This document shows positions 63,210-64,000 of a DNA stretch of 64,000 bases, piece by piece (within the stretch, counting starts at the first letter, position 1; every line of letters begins with the position of its first letter). The notes under the pieces were generated by a model that ran no database searches, was not told the DNA's origin, and saw only the letters and a program-made list of their open reading frames with translations. A program made the translations under genes and the position numbers. The stretch lies in the IMG/VR virus record IMGVR_UViG_3300047558_000137, positions 310,001 through 374,000 of that record; one strand, written 5' to 3'.

Positions 63210-63567
63210 ATGTAGTATTCATCTAGATTAAGTGGTCACACTTTGCCCGCACAGGGCAAAAAATGACTTCATCTGAGTTGCACAGTCACTTAGCGTTACA
63301 TCAATTACAGAGGCGGTTGTCCGGTACCTCGAGATGCGTCTTATCACAACGGCGGGCTAATATCTATACGCTAACATACATATTAACCGTGCTCAATCAC
63401 TTGAGCGTCTTTTTAGCTTTTATTACTCTATTCAAATAACCAAACCGTAGCATTTACGATCGACGTCCTGTTAAGGATGGTGGTTAAGCACTCTAGTCAG
63501 CATAGAGATTTCCGTCCCCCTTTTTATCGGGTTGTCACTAGGCACCTGAACTTAGCCGGTGCGAGCC
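63210..63567 (-). ncRNA. Unidentified ~360-nt highly structured RNA downstream of the GIY-YIG gene
   Basis: About a dozen helices, a GUGA tetraloop, a 7-bp pseudoknot UUAGCGU/ACGCUAA, G.U pairs indicating the minus strand; no long ORF. Confidence 0.65.
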
Positions 63568-64000
63568 TTAAACTGATAACTTGTTTATAATGTGGGAGCC
63601 ATGGACACGGACTGATATTTGTCCGTTATAGTAATCTGTTGATTCCAAAACTTTGTGTGTAAATTGTTCTCGAGCCTCAACGTAGCTACATTCTGCTTTA
63701 CTTTTACATAGGTATAGTATTTCCCGTGTAAATTTGTCAGCACCTAATGCTTCTACATCTTTGTTTAATTGATCATTTGAGCCATAATATTCGCGCCAAT
63801 CAGAGTCCACTTTGCTGCGGATTTTCTTTTTCTTTTTGGTGCCGTTTTTTAATTTTACTGTTTTGGTAGATGTTTTACTAAATTTTGCTAGTTTTTTGCC
63901 TATGTATTTGCGCCCTGATACAAGGTTTGTGATTAGATAGACAAAGCCCACACAGTCTTCTGGTAATTCATTGATTGTGTTGCCTTGATAAATCCATGTC
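63568..64000 (-). CDS. Stand-alone GIY-YIG (Seg-like) nuclease domain protein, 5' end just outside the window
   Basis: GFVYLITN...RKYIGKK, WREYYGS, REIL, YVEAREQF, YYN. The frame stays open to the window edge (TWIYQGNTINELPEDCV). Confidence 0.85.
   Translation of the reverse strand, partial: TWIYQGNTINELPEDCVGFVYLITNLVSGRKYIGKKLAKFSKTSTKTVKLKNGTKKKKKIRSKVDSDWREYYGSNDQLNKDVEALGADKFTREILYLCKSKAECSYVEAREQFTHKVLESTDYYNGQISVRVHGSHIINKLSV

Noticed and set aside
63210-63567. Group I intron, RNase P RNA or tmRNA
   Set aside because: I could not find a P7 GACUA/UAGUC core, an interrupted exon downstream, the RNase P GAGGAAAGUCC motif or tRNA-like ends. A divergent member cannot be excluded without cmscan.

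Overview
64 kb of a large T4-like (myovirus) phage genome, AT-rich, standard genetic code, mostly encoded on the minus strand. It contains the head module (portal gp20, protease gp21, scaffold gp22, major capsid gp23, terminase gp17 and a probable gp16, head completion gp4), neck and tail genes (gp13, gp14, gp15, sheath gp18, tube gp19, tube initiator, gp26/gp51, tape measure with a C-terminal M15-like peptidase), a block of Thr/Gly/Ala-rich fibre and lectin proteins, the gp32-uvsX-uvsY recombination module, and scattered modification enzymes (GT10-like, SGNH-like, radical SAM, flavin halogenase-like, nucleotidyltransferase, methyltransferase). The most unusual parts are non-coding. (1) At 1137-2826, two near-identical composite promoters each drive a leaderless mini-ORF missed by the ORF track. 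One is a 16-codon rare-codon minigene ahead of tRNA-Leu(UAA) and tRNA-Ile(UAU). The other is a 47-codon leader with a terminator/antiterminator switch ahead of an array in which tRNAs (including an 8/4 tRNA-Ser and a tmRNA-TLD-like G3.U70 mini-RNA) alternate with four unidentified structured RNAs. Together these look like a translation-sensing tRNA/ncRNA supply system. (2) At 63210-63567 a roughly 360-nt pseudoknotted RNA starts directly behind a stand-alone GIY-YIG gene. Also seen: a probable -1 frameshift joining gp26 and gp51, a gp32 leader pseudoknot, leaderless late genes, and a scaffold-like 'IxRLAGL' motif shared by several unknown proteins. All product calls come from motif recognition and all RNA folds were done by hand; no database searches were run.
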